Below, in pieces: positions 23,086-24,000 of a DNA stretch of 24,000 nucleotides. The notes beneath the pieces were generated by a model. It was not told where the DNA came from, ran no database searches, and saw only the letters and a program-made list of their open reading frames with translations. This DNA comes from Bacillus sp. DJP31 (GTDB lineage: Bacteria > Bacillota > Bacilli > Bacillales > SA4). Positions within the stretch are counted from its first letter, which is position 1. Each line of letters opens with the position of its first letter. Location of the stretch: NCBI RefSeq assembly GCF_049310945.1, contig NZ_JBMERO010000010.1, positions 118,070 through 142,069 of the forward strand. The letters are read 5' to 3'. The position numbers and the translations under genes were made by a program.

Positions 23086-24000
23086 TCAAACCTTTCTAGT
23101 TACATTCATTTTCAATTGGAGTTGTGACCGGTATTGTTTTACGTAGTTTTTAAAATTCCAAGTAGTTAAAAATTCCGTTTCGGATTCGGATTCTCTACCT
23201 AGTTCGATTAAATGAAGCTTTTGCTTTTTAGAAAGATGAAAGTCCGTAGCACCAACGTTAATTTTTCTATAAATACTGTTCTTGCAGCTAAATGTCTATC
23301 AATAATGTCTCTTATCATGAGCTTCAAACATTGATCTAATTAAAGGAATTGTTGTATTGACTGGACCTATTAGTTGAGTAGGTTGAAGAATTATACTTTG
23401 GCCAGATAACCGAAAGCCTATGGTTGGCCACTTCGGTATCTCTTCTAAATCAACTATCCAAATTGGATAGTTGATTAGTATTCCTCCATCTACAACCACC
23501 ACTTTAACTTTTAAATTACGAGGAATAAAGAAAAAAGGAATTGAACTACTAATCAGAACTGCGAAAGCAATTAGAAATAATTTAGGTTCGATACCATAGC
23601 GCGGGAGATCATCTGGAAGAATTGACATTCTATCTTGCGAAATATCTGCTATGATAATTTAAAGTTTGTTTTCTGGTAAGTCGCCAAAAGTTTGTATTGT
23701 CATCCTTTGCATTTAAAATGATTTAATACTCCTCTCTTTGAATGATAATCCTTTATGTTAAAAGTTTAATTTTTCAAGTAATTCATATGATACATATAGC
23801 AATATCTCCTTATAATGTAGGAAAGATTAAGCCTTTTAATCTTTACTACATTTTATTTTTCTTAAAAATTTTCGGTCAAAATAGCTGCTTCCAATTAGCT
23901 TTTCTAATTGCTCAGTCCGAAAATCCTCCAAGGGTCTATCTGCCAACTGATTTACATAAGCAAAATAACCAGTAATCTGATTAATATCTAATCCTAGATT
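23086..24000 (-). pseudogene. Patatin-like phospholipase, heavily decayed (in-frame TAA plus several frameshifts), runs off the window edge
   Basis: ORF 23299..23628 contains IPFFFIP...VVVDGGILINYPIW (patatin catalytic-Asp DGG motif). Upstream in the same frame: MTIQTFGDLPENKL-TAA(23659-23661)-IIIADISQDRM. Downstream pieces lie in two other frames: IIDRHLAARTVFIEK, then NVGATDFHLSKKQKLHLIELGRES...WNFKNYVKQY, with a stop at 23086-23088. Further stop-ridden fragments extend to 24000. Confidence 0.65.

Noticed and set aside
1-24000. CRISPR arrays, tRNA/rRNA genes, prophage or known defence-system genes
   Set aside because: I found no regularly spaced direct repeats, no cloverleaf-like or rRNA-like segments, and no proteins with nuclease, helicase, methylase or toxin signatures typical of defence islands. 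The accessory-looking part (19.7-21.4 kb) contains only relics.

Overview
AT-rich, Bacillaceae-like chromosomal segment with about 30 genes. I saw no rRNA, tRNA or CRISPR array, and nothing I recognise as a phage-defence, toxin or secretion system.

Layout from left to right:
- 1-4155: DUF3231 protein (5' partial), GNAT acetyltransferase, frameshifted MgtC/SapB gene, HD-domain protein, DUF421/YetF-like protein.
- 4464-7564: thiol-redox cluster of a small membrane protein, a WCPDC thioredoxin-like protein, an FAD oxidoreductase that looks like the 'N-terminal-to-SelD' family, and a GltS-like membrane protein.
- 7609-9415: a glutaredoxin-like gene plus a sensorless MCP, divergent from a Crp-family regulator.
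- 9453-16024 (minus strand): a tightly coupled 7-gene operon of a YnjB-type ABC importer, a TVP38/DedA-like protein, a CDP-alcohol phosphatidyltransferase and a flavoprotein disulfide reductase.
- 16181-19668: frameshifted DUF3179 gene, broken FMN-binding glutamate-synthase-like gene, GDPD phosphodiesterase.
- 19669-21360: decayed junction with two tiny YjcZ-like peptides, an IS1380-family transposase remnant and a structured intergenic repeat.
- 21364-24000: AhpD/CMD-family gene, a second TVP38 paralog, and a heavily decayed patatin-like pseudogene.

Main observations:
1. The AhpD/CMD gene is interrupted by a single in-frame TGA exactly where the second Cys of the CxxC motif belongs (CFY-TGA-MEHHG). 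A hairpin starts at that TGA. This makes it a candidate selenoprotein rather than two genes.
2. The ABC-TVP38-phosphatidyltransferase-reductase operon is an unusual, uncharacterised combination.
3. The density of disrupted genes is very high: at least 5 single-base frameshifts plus several multi-lesion relics.
4. Two perfect long palindromes sit in the AhpD/TVP38 intergenic region.

All family assignments come from motif recognition by eye and need HMM or BLAST confirmation.
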